Assembly: GCF_001194135.2 (NCBI RefSeq)
Contig: NC_068986.1
Coordinates: forward strand, 44,589,613-44,635,197
DNA: 45,585 nt
Reading direction: 5' to 3'
Source of the DNA: Octopus bimaculoides
Taxonomy: Eukaryota
Part shown: positions 11,460 through 23,325 of the stretch, piece after piece
How the letters are laid out: the number at the start of each line of letters is the position of its first letter
Numbering within the stretch: position 1 is the first letter of the stretch
Position numbers and translations under genes: made by a program
The notes under the pieces: model-generated
What the model saw: the letters and a program-made list of their open reading frames with translations, nothing else
The model's database searches: none
What the model was told of the DNA's origin: nothing

Positions 11460-12115
11460 TTTTAAAAATTCATTGAAATCTTCAGGTTTATCACCAAACA
11501 GACTTCAACTAAGAAAGCTCACCAATAATGTTACTGTGTAACATATCAGTGTGGCTATGCAATGGTATACAACTATCTGTTTAAGAACTTTATGCTGCAT
11601 TTCATCAACACTACTATTCTCACTAGATGCACTAAAAGAGAGGATCCTGTTGTACCCATATACCAACAGTTGTGTCCTTTCAAATTAGGAGATTATACAC
11701 AGGTTCCAGAACACCTAAGCTTTACCATACCAATCAATAAATCTCAAAAGCAAACATTGGTTGCAAATTTTGGCACAAGGCCAGCAATTTCAGAGGAGGG
11801 GGTAAATCGATTACATTGACCCCAGTGCTCAACTGGTACTTATCTTATTGACCCCGAAAGGATGAAAAGTAAAACTGACGTTGGTGGAATTTGAGCTCAG
11901 AATGCGAAATACTGCTAAGCATTTTGCCCGACATGCTAAGGATTCTGCCAGCCCCAGTTGTTGTACTGCGTTCTGCAAAATACTGCTTTGCTAATGGCCA
12001 GTCTTATGTGGGATGTACAAATTTTGGAAGCTCCACCTAACAATCTGTTAGTTTATGCCCTTGTTGGTAAAACTAAAACCATTGAGTATCTTAAGGTATT
12101 GAAGCTAAAACTATG
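11460..12115 (+). mobile_element. Helitron RepHel C-terminal PIF1-like helicase fragment, frameshifted and interrupted by a SINE
   Basis: LCNGIQL...FINTTILTRCTKREDPVVP...SFTIPINKSQKQTL, then VV..CFANGQSYVGC...GKTKTI; matches the LCNGTRL / TINKSQGQSL / FSHGQLYVACSR motifs. Confidence 0.75.
11756..11955 (-). mobile_element. SINE type C inserted into the Helitron helicase
   Basis: Splits QTL|VV of the helicase; colinear with 29404-29620. Confidence 0.85.
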
Positions 12116-12302
12116 ATTGTTACAGATTTATTGCCATATAAGATGGAGCAACTCTTAATGTCATTTATTTATCACTTCATGTATTGCCATTTTAGTATTT
12201 GAATGTATAGGTTTCCTTTGGGCACTCTGGTTTCCACACATTACAGAGAAAACTGGGTGTGGTTATGAGTGCAGGCAGTGCTGTAAAATATTTGGAACTC
12301 CT

Positions 12303-12514
12303 TTATCTTTTATCCTTTACTTGTTTCAGTCATTAGACTGCAGCCATGCTGGGACACCACCTTGAAAAATTTTTAGTTGAATGTATTGACCTCAGTACTT
12401 ATTTTTTAATAAGCCTGATATTTATTCTGTTGGTCTTTTTTGCTGAACTGCTAAGTTACAGTGACATAAACACACCAACACTGATTGCCAAGTGGTGGGG
12501 GTGGGGGACAAATA

Positions 12515-12546
<32 letters not shown>

Positions 12547-12558
12547 TTTATATATATA
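12303..12558 (-). mobile_element. SINE type A, 3' half
   Basis: Tail TTTTACTTGTTTCAGTCATTAGACTGCAGCCATGCTGG through to the CA repeat. Confidence 0.75.
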
Positions 12559-12883
12559 TTATCATTATCTTATGATTTTTACTTTGTATTATATTATATT
12601 TATTTATCGTGCATTTACTTATTAAGTTTTCTATATGTGACTGGATTTTCATGGATGAGTTCATGAACTTTGGTTCTTTTCTCTAAAACTATATATTTAT
12701 ATATTTTATACTGTGAAACTTAATTTAATTTTAATTTTTGATNNNNNNNNNNNNNNNNNNNNNNNNNNNNNNNNNNNNNNNNNNNNNNNNNNNNNNNNNN
12801 NNNNNNNNNNNNNNNNNNNNNNNNNNNNNNNNNNNNNNNNNNNNNNNNNNNNNNNNNNNNNNNNNNNNNNNNNNNNNNNNNNN

Positions 12884-13075
12884 ATATATACATATATATA
12901 TATATATATTTACATACATATATACAATGGGCTTCTTTCAGTTTCCATCTACCAAATCCACTCAGAAGGCTTTGGCTGGCTTAAGGCTATAGTAGAAGAC
13001 ACTTGCCCGTACAGCAAGACTGAATCCGGAACCATGTGGTTGGGAAGCAAGCTTCTTACCACACAGCCATGCCTG
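12884..13075 (-). mobile_element. SINE type A, 5' half (next to a gap)
   Basis: Head with GGCTGTGTGGTAAGAAGC on the minus strand. Confidence 0.75.
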
Positions 13076-13398
13076 AATAAGACTGAAGATACATCAAGGC
13101 AAGGAGTATTAAAAGAAGTCTAATCTGTGAAGGTCAGCTGACCATTAAACATGAAGTAAATCATCCCAAGTATCAAATCACAGGGATTTGATGGATTCCC
13201 CAACTGAAGCTCTTTCTAAGCAAAAATCATGAGGTCAGGATGCTTCTTTATCAGAAGAGATGATGAAGAAACCAAAGGTTTTGTGTCCAACTGCAAATGA
13301 AAGACCAGTTACAAAATTTTTGAAGTGTTATTTCACATAATGCATTATATTTTTATTCTTGAAATTCTTTATTTCTGAAAATATTTAGGAAAATGCAT

Positions 13399-13800
13399 AG
13401 GCGTAGGAGTGGCTGTGTGGTAAGTAGCTTGTTTACCAACCACATGGTCCCGGGGTTCAGTCCCACTGCGTGGCATCTTGGGCAAGTGTCTTCTATAGCC
13501 TCGGGCTGACCAAAGCCTTGTGAGTGGATTTGGTACACGGAAACTGAAAGAAGCCCGTCGTATATATGTATATATATATGTGTGTTTGTATGTGTTTGTC
13601 CCTCAACATCGCTTGACAACCGATGCTGGTGTGTTTACGTCCCCGTAACTTAGCGGTTCGGCAAAAGACACCAATAGAATAAGTACTAGGCTTCCAAAGA
13701 ATAAGTCCTGGGGTTGATTTGATTTGACTAAAGGCGATGCTCCAGCATGGCCATAGTCAAAAGACTGAAACAAGTAAAAAAAAAAAAGAAAAAAAAAAGA
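13399..13800 (+). mobile_element. SINE type A, full length and young, with A-rich tail
   Basis: A box TGGCTGTGTGG, B box GGTTCAGTCCC, CORE-like GGCATCTTGGGCAAGTGTCTT; CpGs retained. Confidence 0.9.
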
Positions 13801-14234
13801 GTAACCTATGTGTGTTGGAAAGTAAAGTAACTCTGGAAATGAAAGCAGTTTTTGAGACTTGTCAATAGGTTGTTTGTGCAAGTGCTACTTATCAAAATCT
13901 CTGAACGTTGGATGCCACTAAGTTTCAGGGGTCATTAGGAGGGAATGTGCATTATTTGAGGACCTTCTTCTCAATGGTTTTACAGTGGACTGACATCCCG
14001 GTCTCTTCTGGTGTGAAGTTTTGCTTGATGGATTAACTGACAAATATTTAAGCAGTAACATTTGATTTTCAGTGTTCATCTCAAATTAGTCAGCACCATT
14101 CAAATTGTGGAGTCATGCAAGTATGACTTGCTATATAGGCAAACAGGTACCTGCATTTTGCATTGATCACTTCATTTCATTTTTTTTTTTTTTGCATACT
14201 AGCATACTTTCACTTCAAAAGTTTTGTAACATGT

Positions 14235-14602
14235 AGGCACAGGAGTGGCTGTGTAGTAAGTAGCTTGCTTACAAACCACATGGTTCTGGGTTCAGTCCCA
14301 CTATGTGGCACCTTGGGCAAGTGTTTTCTACTATAGCCTCGGGCCGACCAAAGCCTTGTGAGTGGATTTGGTAGATGGAAACTGAAAGAAGCCTGTCGTA
14401 TATATGTATATATATATATGTACCCAACATCGCTTGACAACCGATGGTGGTGTGTTTACATCCCCGTAACTTAGTGGTTCGGCAAAGAGACTGATAGAAT
14501 AAGTACTAGGCTTACAAAGAATAAGTCCTGGGGTTGATTTTCTCAACTAAAGGCGGTGCTCCAGCATGGCCGCAGTCAAATGACTGAAACAAGTAAAAGA
14601 GT
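14235..14602 (+). mobile_element. SINE type A, full length
   Basis: High identity to 13399-13800. Confidence 0.9.
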
Positions 14603-14617
14603 TAACTCGTCTTTCGT

Positions 14618-14662
14618 AAGAACACAGTATTAAATAAATGTTTTATTTAATACTGTGTTCTT
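14618..14662. repeat. Perfect 21-bp palindrome with a 3-nt loop
   Basis: AAGAACACAGTATTAAATAAA-TGT-TTTATTTAATACTGTGTTCTT. Confidence 0.95.
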
Positions 14663-15020
14663 ATTTAATATGCTTAATCTTCGATAAATGTTATTTAAAC
14701 AATGAACTGGCTATATATTCTTAAATATTGAGCACTTATCTGTAGTACATTGTATTAGATATGAGACTGCTATAAATGTATTGGAAAACAATTTCATTTC
14801 TTACATTAAAGATAACTTTTCAAGAGAAATTTCCAGACTTTGTGATGCAAAAGTTACTATTAGTATATGTATGTATGTATGTATGTATATGCCAATGAAA
14901 CTGGGAAACCAGCCCTTATGAACCAGGCATGGCTTGAGAAGGAACAAACAACAACAACACATATAATATATATATATATATATATTTTTTTTTTCTGAAT
15001 TGTGTAGTATTAAATATCCA

Positions 15021-15121
15021 TCATGGGTGGTCTTACCAATTGGTTTCGTGTAAAGAATACAATGAAATTAAGTAACAAGCTGATTATATAGTTTTGCTCT
15101 CATCAGAGTTACCTGATATGA
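15021..15121 (-). ncRNA. Type I hammerhead ribozyme-like motif with intact core, GUA cleavage triplet and palindromic stem III
   Basis: CUGAUGA-[52 nt]-GAAA-CCAAUUGGU-A|AGACC; stem I is bulged (UCAU..GGU AA CU / AG ACC..AUGA); stem II is partly mismatched. Confidence 0.65.
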
Positions 15122-15143
15122 AAGGGAATACGGTGATTGCTGG

Positions 15144-15292
<149 letters not shown>

Positions 15293-16440
15293 CAGGTGTG
15301 AAAAATATTTGTACTTATGTTTGGTAATTTAATGAAACAACTCTAATCTAACAAAAAATCAAATCTATTTTAGTAAAAATTTCTGCCCATGTTCTTTATA
15401 ATCTTTCTTTTACAATTATTCTGTGAATCTGTCTTCAGCTGAAGTAATGTTTCAATATGAGAGAATTATTGACATGCCTGCATTAAATAGTCCTTGTTTA
15501 CTTCAGACATACCTTGGAAATAACAGCCTTCAGTGTAGCAATGATATTGTGCAGATATCAATTAGTTTCCTTTTCAACAGCACTCAAAACATAGTAGTTC
15601 ATAGGATTTAAATCTGGAAAGTTTGAAGGCTAAGAGTTAGGTGTTGCATAGTCATACAGATTGTTTGACATCCATTTTTGAGTTTCAGAGTCTTTGTCGT
15701 GTTGAAACATATGTGACCTTCCACTGTGTACTTTATCCATGTAGGGGTTAACAACTGTCTCCAGCACCTTAACATATCCAGCAGCATTAATTCTAAGACC
15801 CTGGACGTGGCATGACATGACCTTCATTACTCATTGCTTTTAAAACATTACAGTCACTGGAAACTTAGTGTGAATCACTGTGGGATACCAGAAGAATCCT
15901 CACATATCCATCTGCCATTTGTCCTGTTAGACTTTTGGTCTTGGTTGAAATTTTTCTCATCAGAGTAGAATCAAAGCATGCCATGTACACAAGAGTTTTT
16001 AATCTTGTAAAGTAACCACTTGGCATAGATCAAAATGTTTTGCTGTGTCTTAGCAGATGTGAATTGGCCTATCTTCAGTAAATACACCTTTATCAAAAGT
16101 CCTCATGCAACACAGTTCTGGGAGTCCACTCCAAAATCTGAAGTTCTTTGACAATGGATCTCAGTGATTTTCTAGGATCATCACTGATCCATGAAAATGT
16201 TTTGAGCCCATTAATTGAATTGTGGTGCTCTTATAGTGTCCAAATATTTAGAATGCCTTTTTTTCTTTGATACAGTTGAAACATTCCCAGCAGAGACTTT
16301 CAATTCCATATGATCTTTGTGTACAAAAGATCTTGCAACATTTAGTAAGTTGGCAATTTCTAAATTGCTGTGTACCACACACATGGCAACAATGACTGCA
16401 TGTTATTTCGTTCCTTGTTTTAGCATTTATCAATAATCTT
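15293..16440 (-). mobile_element. Tc1/mariner superfamily, maT (DD37D)-like transposase pseudogene
   Basis: FYSDEKNFNQDQKSNRTNGRWIC; SNEGHVM..QGLRINAAGYVKVLETVVNPY; MFQHD; NPMNYYVLSAVEKETN; many frameshifts and stops. Confidence 0.8.
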
Positions 16441-16676
16441 TTATCTTTTACTTATTTCAGTCATTAGACTGCAGCCATGTAGTTGAATGAATTGAACTAC
16501 ATTTTGTTTTTCAGCTTGGTACTTATTCTATCAGTCCTTTTTGCCAAACTGCTAAGTTATGAGGGTGTAAACACTCCAGCACCAGTTGTCAAGCGGTGGT
16601 GGGAGACAAACACAGATACAAAGACACACACACACACACACATATGCGTATATATATGTGTGTGTGTGTGTGTGTA
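16440..16676 (-). mobile_element. SINE type A, 3' half, followed by (GACA)n to about 16790
   Basis: Tail motif and internal CA/TG repeat. Confidence 0.75.
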
Positions 16677-17049
16677 ATGGACAGATGGACCGACGGACCG
16701 ATGGACAGACCAATGGGCAGCCTGACAGACAGACAGACAGACAGACAAAGAGACAGGCAGAGGCAGAAAGAGACTGACAGGGAGAAAGAATGGTAGAAGC
16801 AAATGAATAAGTAAAACGTATGAAAAGATAAAAGTATAAAAACTATTTAGCTGAAATAATATTTGCACTTGCATTTATTATATAAGTTCGTAACAGCCAC
16901 CATTAAGGTCATACTGAAATGTACACAATGAATGAAATGATTAAATTAATCAGTATTGTTTTCCTTATCATTTAACTTTTGCATTTTTACCCAATGGTCA
17001 TTACACTCCATGCACCAACATCTTATGTACACACACACACACATATATA

Positions 17050-17535
17050 TCATCATCATTGTTTAACGTCCACCTTCCAATGCTAGTATGGGTTGGACGA
17101 TTTGACTGAGGACTGGCGAACCAGATGGCTGCACCAGGCTCCAATCTGATCTGGCAGAGTTTCTACAGCTGGATGCCCTTCCTAATGCCAACCACTCCGA
17201 GAGTGTAGTGGGTGCTTTTACGTGCTACCGGCTCGAGGGCCAGTCACATGGTACTGGCAACGGCCACACTCAAAAAGGTGTTTTTTACATGCCACCTGCA
17301 CGGGAGCCAGTCCAGCGGCACTGTCAATGACCTCGCTCAAATGATTTTCTAATGTGCCACCAGCACAAGTGCTAGAAGGTGACGCTGGTACCGATCATGC
17401 TCAAATGGTGCTATTTACAGGCCACTAGCACGGAAGCCAGACAGCTGCTCTGGCAATGAACATGCTTGGACAGTGCTGTTAATGCTCCACTGGTGCAGGT
17501 GCCAGTCATCGAGTATGGTTCAATTACGGTTCATG
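17050..17535 (-). mobile_element. RTE-type 3' end: GTGGCACGTAAAAGCAC repeat array, TTGGCATTAGGAAGGGCATCCAGCTGTAG module and (GAT)n tail
   Basis: Colinear with 20690-21153 and with tails attached to RTE ORF2 elsewhere in the window. Confidence 0.8.
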
Positions 17536-18014
17536 GTTTTATATATATATATATATATATATNNNNNNNNNNNNNNNNNNNNNNNNNNNNNNNNNNNNNN
17601 NNNNNNNNNNNNNNNNNNNNNNNNNNNNNNNNNNNNNNNNNNNNNNNNNNNNNNNNNNNNNNNNNNNNNNNNNNNNNNNNNNNNNNNNNNNNNNNNNNNN
17701 NNNNNNNNNNNNNNNNNNNNNNNNNNNNNNNNNNNNNNNNNNNNNNNNNNNNNNNNNNNNNNNNNNNNNNNNNNNNNNNNNNNNNNNNNNNNNNNNNNNN
17801 NNNNNNNNNNNNNNNNNNNNNNNNNNNNNNNNNNNNNNNNNNNNNNNNNNNNNNNNNNNNNNNNNNNNNNNNNNNNNNNNNNNNNNNNNNNNNNNNNNNN
17901 NNNNNNNNNNNNNNNNNNNNNNNNNNNNNNNNNNNNNNNNNNNNNNNNNNNNNNNNNNNNNNNNNNNNNNNNNNNNNNNNNNNNNNNNNNNNNNNNNNNN
18001 NNNNNNNNNNNNNN

Positions 18015-18345
18015 CATGTATGTATGTATGTATGTATGTATGTATGTATGTATGTATGTATGAATGTATGTATGTGTGTATGTATGTATGTATGTATGTA
18101 TGTATGTATGTATGTATGCATGTATGTATGTATGTATGTATGCATGTATGTATGTATGTATGAATGTATGCATGTTTGTATGATGGACTTCTTTCAGTTT
18201 CTATCAACCAAATCTACTCACAAGGTTTTTGTTTTCTTAGGACTATAGAAGAAGCTACTGGCCTAAGATGCTCTGCAGTGAGATTGAACATAAGACAATA
18301 TGGTTGGGAAGCAAGCTTTTTAATCACACAACTGTGCCTGCACTT
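18015..18345 (-). mobile_element. SINE type A 5' half with an expanded (ATGT)n array
   Basis: Head at about 18180-18345; array at 18015-18180. Confidence 0.7.
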
Positions 18346-18561
18346 GTATATCTATGTATAAATGTACATCATACCTCATGATACCAAAACCAACTTCTCC
18401 TAGTATCATGTAGTGGAAGAAATTGTTTATTACAATGTATTGAAGGCCACACTGCACTACATCTGTACTGTTTAATCTGCATTGCAGGTTCCTGGAGAAG
18501 GAGATAAGAAAAAATTTGCCAATGTTCTGCATTGTGAGGACCAAAGACTTGNNNNNNNNNN

Positions 18562-18597
<36 letters not shown>

Positions 18598-19309
18598 GTG
18601 TGTGTGTGCGATTATTCATTTGATTTCAAGATTTCTTACCAATAGAGAAAGAACTGGTTTCTAATCTAGATCCAAGGCTTTTTCATGTATGTATGTATGT
18701 ATGTATGTATGTATGTATGTATGTATGTATGAATGTATGTATGTGTGTATGTATGTATGTATGTATGTATGTATGTATGTATGTATGCATGTATGTATGT
18801 ATGTATGTATGCATGTATGTATGTATGTATGNNNNNNNNNNNNNNNNNNNNNNNNNNNNNNNNNNNNNNNNNNNNNNNNNNNNNNNNNNNNNNNNNNNNN
18901 NNNNNNNNNNNNNNNNNNNNNNNNNNNNNNNNNNNNNNNNNNNNNNNNNNNNNNNNNNNNNNNNNNNNNNNNNNNNNNNNNNNNNNNNNNNNNNNNNNNN
19001 NNNNNNNNNNNNNNNNNNNNNNNNNNNNNNNNNNNNNNNNNNNNNNNNNNNNNNNNNNNNNNNNNNNNNNNNNNNNNNNNNNNNNNNNNNNNNNNNNNNN
19101 NNNNNNNNNNNNNNNNNNNNNNNNNNNNNNNNNNNNNNNNNNNNNNNNNNNNNNNNNNNNNNNNNNNNNNNNNNNNNNNNNNNNNNNNNNNNNNNNNNNN
19201 NNNNNNNNNNNNNNNNNNNNNNNNNNNNNNNNNNNNNNNNNNNNNNNNNNNNNNNNNNNNNNNNNNNNNNNNNNNNNNNNNNNNNNNNNNNNNNNNNNNN
19301 NNNNNNNNN

Positions 19310-19978
19310 AGAAGGAGATAAGAAAAAATTTGCCAATGTTCTGCATTGTGAGGACCAAAGACTTGAAGTGTTTCATGTTGCAAGACAGTGTGTGAGAGAG
19401 AATCGTGATATCATAGGAGAGAAATGTGTCCACATGGATGATGGCTCACTTGCATTTAATGAAGCTGCAAAGAGACTTGGAGATGCCACTATGAAAGATT
19501 GCTAAATGATAAGAATGAATGGGAGAAAGAGAGTCTGCTGAATGTCGACCCAACAGAGGGACCAGCTATCCGAATTGACAGTACCTTGGTAGATAAAACT
19601 GTTAAGGGTATGAAGACATGGTAAGCCCCTGACCCATCAGGAATCACTGCAGAGATGCTTAAAGTATCTGGTGGTGTCGGCTATAGTCTAGTCACCTGTA
19701 TAGTCAATCTGGTGATACATGAAGGAGTCATACCCAATGACTGGTGGTGTAGCAGCACCATAGTCAACTGCTACAAAGTGGCATATAAAAAGCCACACTA
19801 CACTCTCAGAGTGGTTGGTGTTAGGAAGAGCGTCCAGCTGTAGAAACTTTGCCAGATTGGATTGGAGCCTGGTGCAGCCTTCTGGCTTGCCAGCCCTCAA
19901 TCAAACTGTCCAATGCATGCCAGCATGGAAAGTGGACGTTAAACTACGACGACAATGATGATGATGATGATGATGATT
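19310..19978 (+). mobile_element. RTE-clade LINE, internally deleted: ORF2 linker and RT start joined directly to the 3' tail
   Basis: EGDKKKFANVL...APDPSGITAEMLKVSGGVG...IPNDW.SSTIVNCYK, then the tail from about 19775, ending in (GAT)n. Confidence 0.85.
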
Positions 19979-20689
19979 TTCAACTTTATTTTTGATGCTT
20001 TGATATTTCATTTTCAATTTGGCTTTCTTGGGTGCATCTGCACTCCGTTCTGTCTCTTCTTGCCAATCTACTTTTTAACTGTTTGACAGCAACTTGTCAT
20101 AATATTCTCAGCTGTCTTGTACCAATGTATGTGTGTGCGTGTGTGTATGTGTGTGTGTGACTGTGCAAGGGGTCAACACCTATTTACAAAACCCCACTTC
20201 TCTTCTCACTATCTTCTCTTGCTGTTTTTCAAATGACCTTGATTAGAGTCATGTATGTGTGTGTTTGTGCACAGACATATGTTTATGTACTTGTTTTTAT
20301 TATGGAAGATCAGCTAATTATAAACGGCCATCTTATCACCATCAAACAGCTAAGCACATCGTGTATTTTCATCAATTTGCTGTCACCTTGAGAGTTTGTT
20401 TCATTCTCTCTATTTTTTTATATATTTATATTTTTTGGTTGAGAAATCTGCTACATTTCAAAGAAAATCCTAAGTAATTGCTTAATAAAATCTACCGTAA
20501 TATATTTCTACACACTACAATATGTTGCTAAATCTGATGGATATATATGTGTATATGTGTATATGTGTGTGAGTGTGTAGTGTGTATACATATATCTATA
20601 CATATATATATACATTAAAGCAAAAAAAAAAATCAAACAGATTGGCAAGACTTGACAAATACATTTAATTTAGTTATATAATAAAAGTG

Positions 20690-21153
20690 ACCCTGGATTG
20701 GCTCTTGTGCGGGTGGCACATAAAATACACCATTTTGAGCGTGGTCGTTGCCAGTGAAACTCAGCTTGCGAAGACTTATTGGGGCAAGCAAAATCGGGAT
20801 GGCACCTGTGCCCAGCGTCGCCTTTCTGGCACTTGTGCCTGTGGCATGTGTAAGGACTTTCAAGCGAGATTGTTGCCAGTGCCCCTGGACTGGCTCTTGT
20901 GCGGGTGGCACATAAAATACACCATTTTGAGCGTGGCCGTTGCCAGTACCGCCTGACTGGCTTTCGTGCTGGTGGCACGTAAAAGCACCCACTACACTCT
21001 CTGAGTGGTTGGCATTAGGAAGGGCATCCAGCTGTAGAAATTCTGCCAAATCAGATTGGAGCCTGGTGTAGCCATCTGGTTTCATCAGTCCTCAGTCAAA
21101 TCATCCAACCCATGCTAGCATGGAAAGCGGACGTTAAACGACGATAATGATGA
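20690..21153 (+). mobile_element. RTE-type 3' end with a ~65-bp internal direct repeat
   Basis: 20691-20756 matches 20883-20947; ends GGACGTTAAACGACGATAATGATGA. Confidence 0.8.
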
Positions 21154-21492
21154 ATAAAAGGTTTAGATAGCCTTTGACAGCTGTTTCTAGAATATCCCAG
21201 TCATTAGAACATCATGTCGAATGAAGATTCCATAGACTGAGTATTCTGTTGTTGGAAAGAGATAGGTTAAACATATGTAACAGTGGAAGAAAATTTCTCA
21301 TCAATGATAGTTATTGTGGTTCATTATGGCTAGAATGGAAGGTGAAATCCAATTAAATCCAGTTAAAATGGGTATTCATTAGGCAAATTCATGATTAGAG
21401 AGAATGGTTTGATAGTAATTCATGGTGAGGGAAAATGGATGCAAGCAGTTCCAAAGTTGAACAAATTCTGAATATTTATATATATACATATG

Positions 21493-21892
21493 GAGGCAAT
21501 GACAAGTGACCGAGACCTTTGGAGATATGCTGTGCTTGAGAAGACCCGGCAAGCCAAATGAGACCATAGCTGTGGCCTATGCCAGTGCAGCATAACCAGC
21601 TCATCTAAGAGTACCCTTCAATCATTGGTTAATAAACTGCACTTGCGAAGACCTGTTGAGTTAAGTGAAGTCATTGTCGTGGCCAATGACAGTACTGCCT
21701 GATTGGCACCTGTGCTGGTGGCTCGTAAAAAGTACCATTTGAGCATGATCATTGCTAGTGCCACCTGACTGGCTCCCGTGCCGGTGGCATGAAAAAAACA
21801 CCATTTAAGTGTGGTCGATGCCACTACTGCCTGACTGGCCCTCATGCCAATGGCATGTAAAAAGCACCCACTACACTCTCGGAGTGGTTGGC
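21493..21892 (+). mobile_element. RTE ORF2 C-terminus (AMTSDRDLWRYAVLEKT) plus 3' UTR repeats, truncated at the Tc1 junction
   Basis: Same terminal peptide as at 26820-26870 and 39285-39335. Confidence 0.8.
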
Positions 21893-23116
21893 AAACAAAT
21901 TTATTTTAATATGGGGTAGGACCGCCTTTGGCAGTAATTACACCATGAATTCTACAAGGTATGGACTTGTACAAAGTTTGAATTGTTTCCAAAGGAATTT
22001 TTGTCCATTCTTCAGCTAAAACAGTTTCCAGTTCTTGTAGTGATGATGGTGGAGGATATCGACTCCTTACTTGTTTTTCTAAAATGCACCATAAATGTTC
22101 AATAATATTGAGATCTGGGGACTGTGGTGGCCAGATATAATGTTCAACTTCACTAGATTGTTCCTCGTGCCATTCAGTAACAACTTTAGCTGTGTGAATT
22201 AGTGCATTATCATCCTGAAAGACTGTGTTTCCCTCTGGAAACAGTTCCGCAACCATAGGATGAATTTAATCAGATAAAATGCTAAAATAGTCTTGACTAT
22301 TAATTCTGCCACAAAGAGAAACCATTGGGCTGGTGGATTTCCAAAATATAGCCCCACCAGATCATCACAGATCCTCCTCCATGTTTAACAGTTGAAAGAA
22401 GGCAGTCAGGGTCAAATGCTTCTTTTGGCTGTCTCCATACATATACTGGGCTGGTGGTCAAAAATAAGGTAAAGGATGACTCGTCTGAGAAAATAACATT
22501 CTTTCACTGCTCTAGGGATCAATTCTGTAGGTTTTTACTCCACTCTAAGCACTTTGCAACGTTTGTTTTTGAAAGTAGTGGCTTTTTGATTGCAGCCCTC
22601 TCGTGAAATCCAGCTTTGTGCAGCTCCTGGTGAACAGTTTTTGTGGAGACTGGGACCTTGAGGTGGTCATGAAGCTCTGCAGTAATTTTAGGAGCTGTAC
22701 TTTTGCGATCCTTTCTATCAATTTGCGTAAGAGTTTGATGCAAGTTTTGGTTTTCTTCCAGAGTTTTGTTTTGATGAGGAGGTTTTACTCTCTTTCTCAA
22801 AGGCTGTCATTACTTTCAAGACAGTACTTCTTGATACACCAAACATTTTGGCTGTTTTCATTACACTAGCATCTGCCATATGAGCACCAACAATTTCACC
22901 TCTTTGAAAGTCCGATAGATCTGTCATTTTAATGAATTTTAATTACCTTTTTATGATAATATCTGAAAAGAAACAGCAATTTTAGCAAAACATATTAAGC
23001 AACACTAATAATAAATTAAAAGACATAAAAATAAACAAGCTTTTGATAGTTTTATAGATATTTCAAAATTATGATATTATGATGCTAGGTGTTTCCATTA
23101 TTTTGTATAACCCCTG
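21893..23116 (-). mobile_element. Tc1 (DD34E) transposon, near full-length transposase pseudogene; one TIR retained
   Basis: MTDLSDFQRGEIVG (HTH), IFSDES, TVKHGGGSVMIW, FQDDNA, WPPQSPDLNIIEHLW; end TA|CAGGGGTTATACAAAATAATGGAAACAC at 23116. Confidence 0.92.
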
Positions 23117-23237
23117 TATATATGCGTGCATGTGTAAGTAGTCCAAGAGTCCATAAGTCAAGAAAAAATCCACTCATATATCTGTCAGTAGAGTGGGTAT
23201 ATTATCTGAAGCGTACAGTATTATATATCAATCATGA

Positions 23238-23325
23238 CCAATCTTACCAATCAGTTTCATGCCAAGGATTCAAAGGAGTGTTAGGTAACAATCTGGTTAT
23301 GTAACCCTATACTCATCAGAGGTAG
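23238..23325 (-). ncRNA. Decayed type I hammerhead-like motif, same family as 15021-15121
   Basis: CUGAUGA-[54 nt]-GAAA-CUGAUUGGU-A|AGAUU; about 70% identity to 14995-15108; the upstream strand of stem I is replaced by a SINE tail (23325-23368). Confidence 0.55.

Noticed and set aside
13080-14160. Protein-like stretches flanking the 13399 SINE (e.g. EEMMKKPKVLCPTANERPVTKF)
   Set aside because: Interrupted by stops, with no splice signals or family motif that I can identify
21070-21100. CUGAGGA...GAAAC on the minus strand of RTE tails (also 17104-17125 on the plus strand)
   Set aside because: Only 4-5 nt separate the two motifs, so there is no stem II; it is a simple CUGG-loop-CCAG hairpin, not a hammerhead
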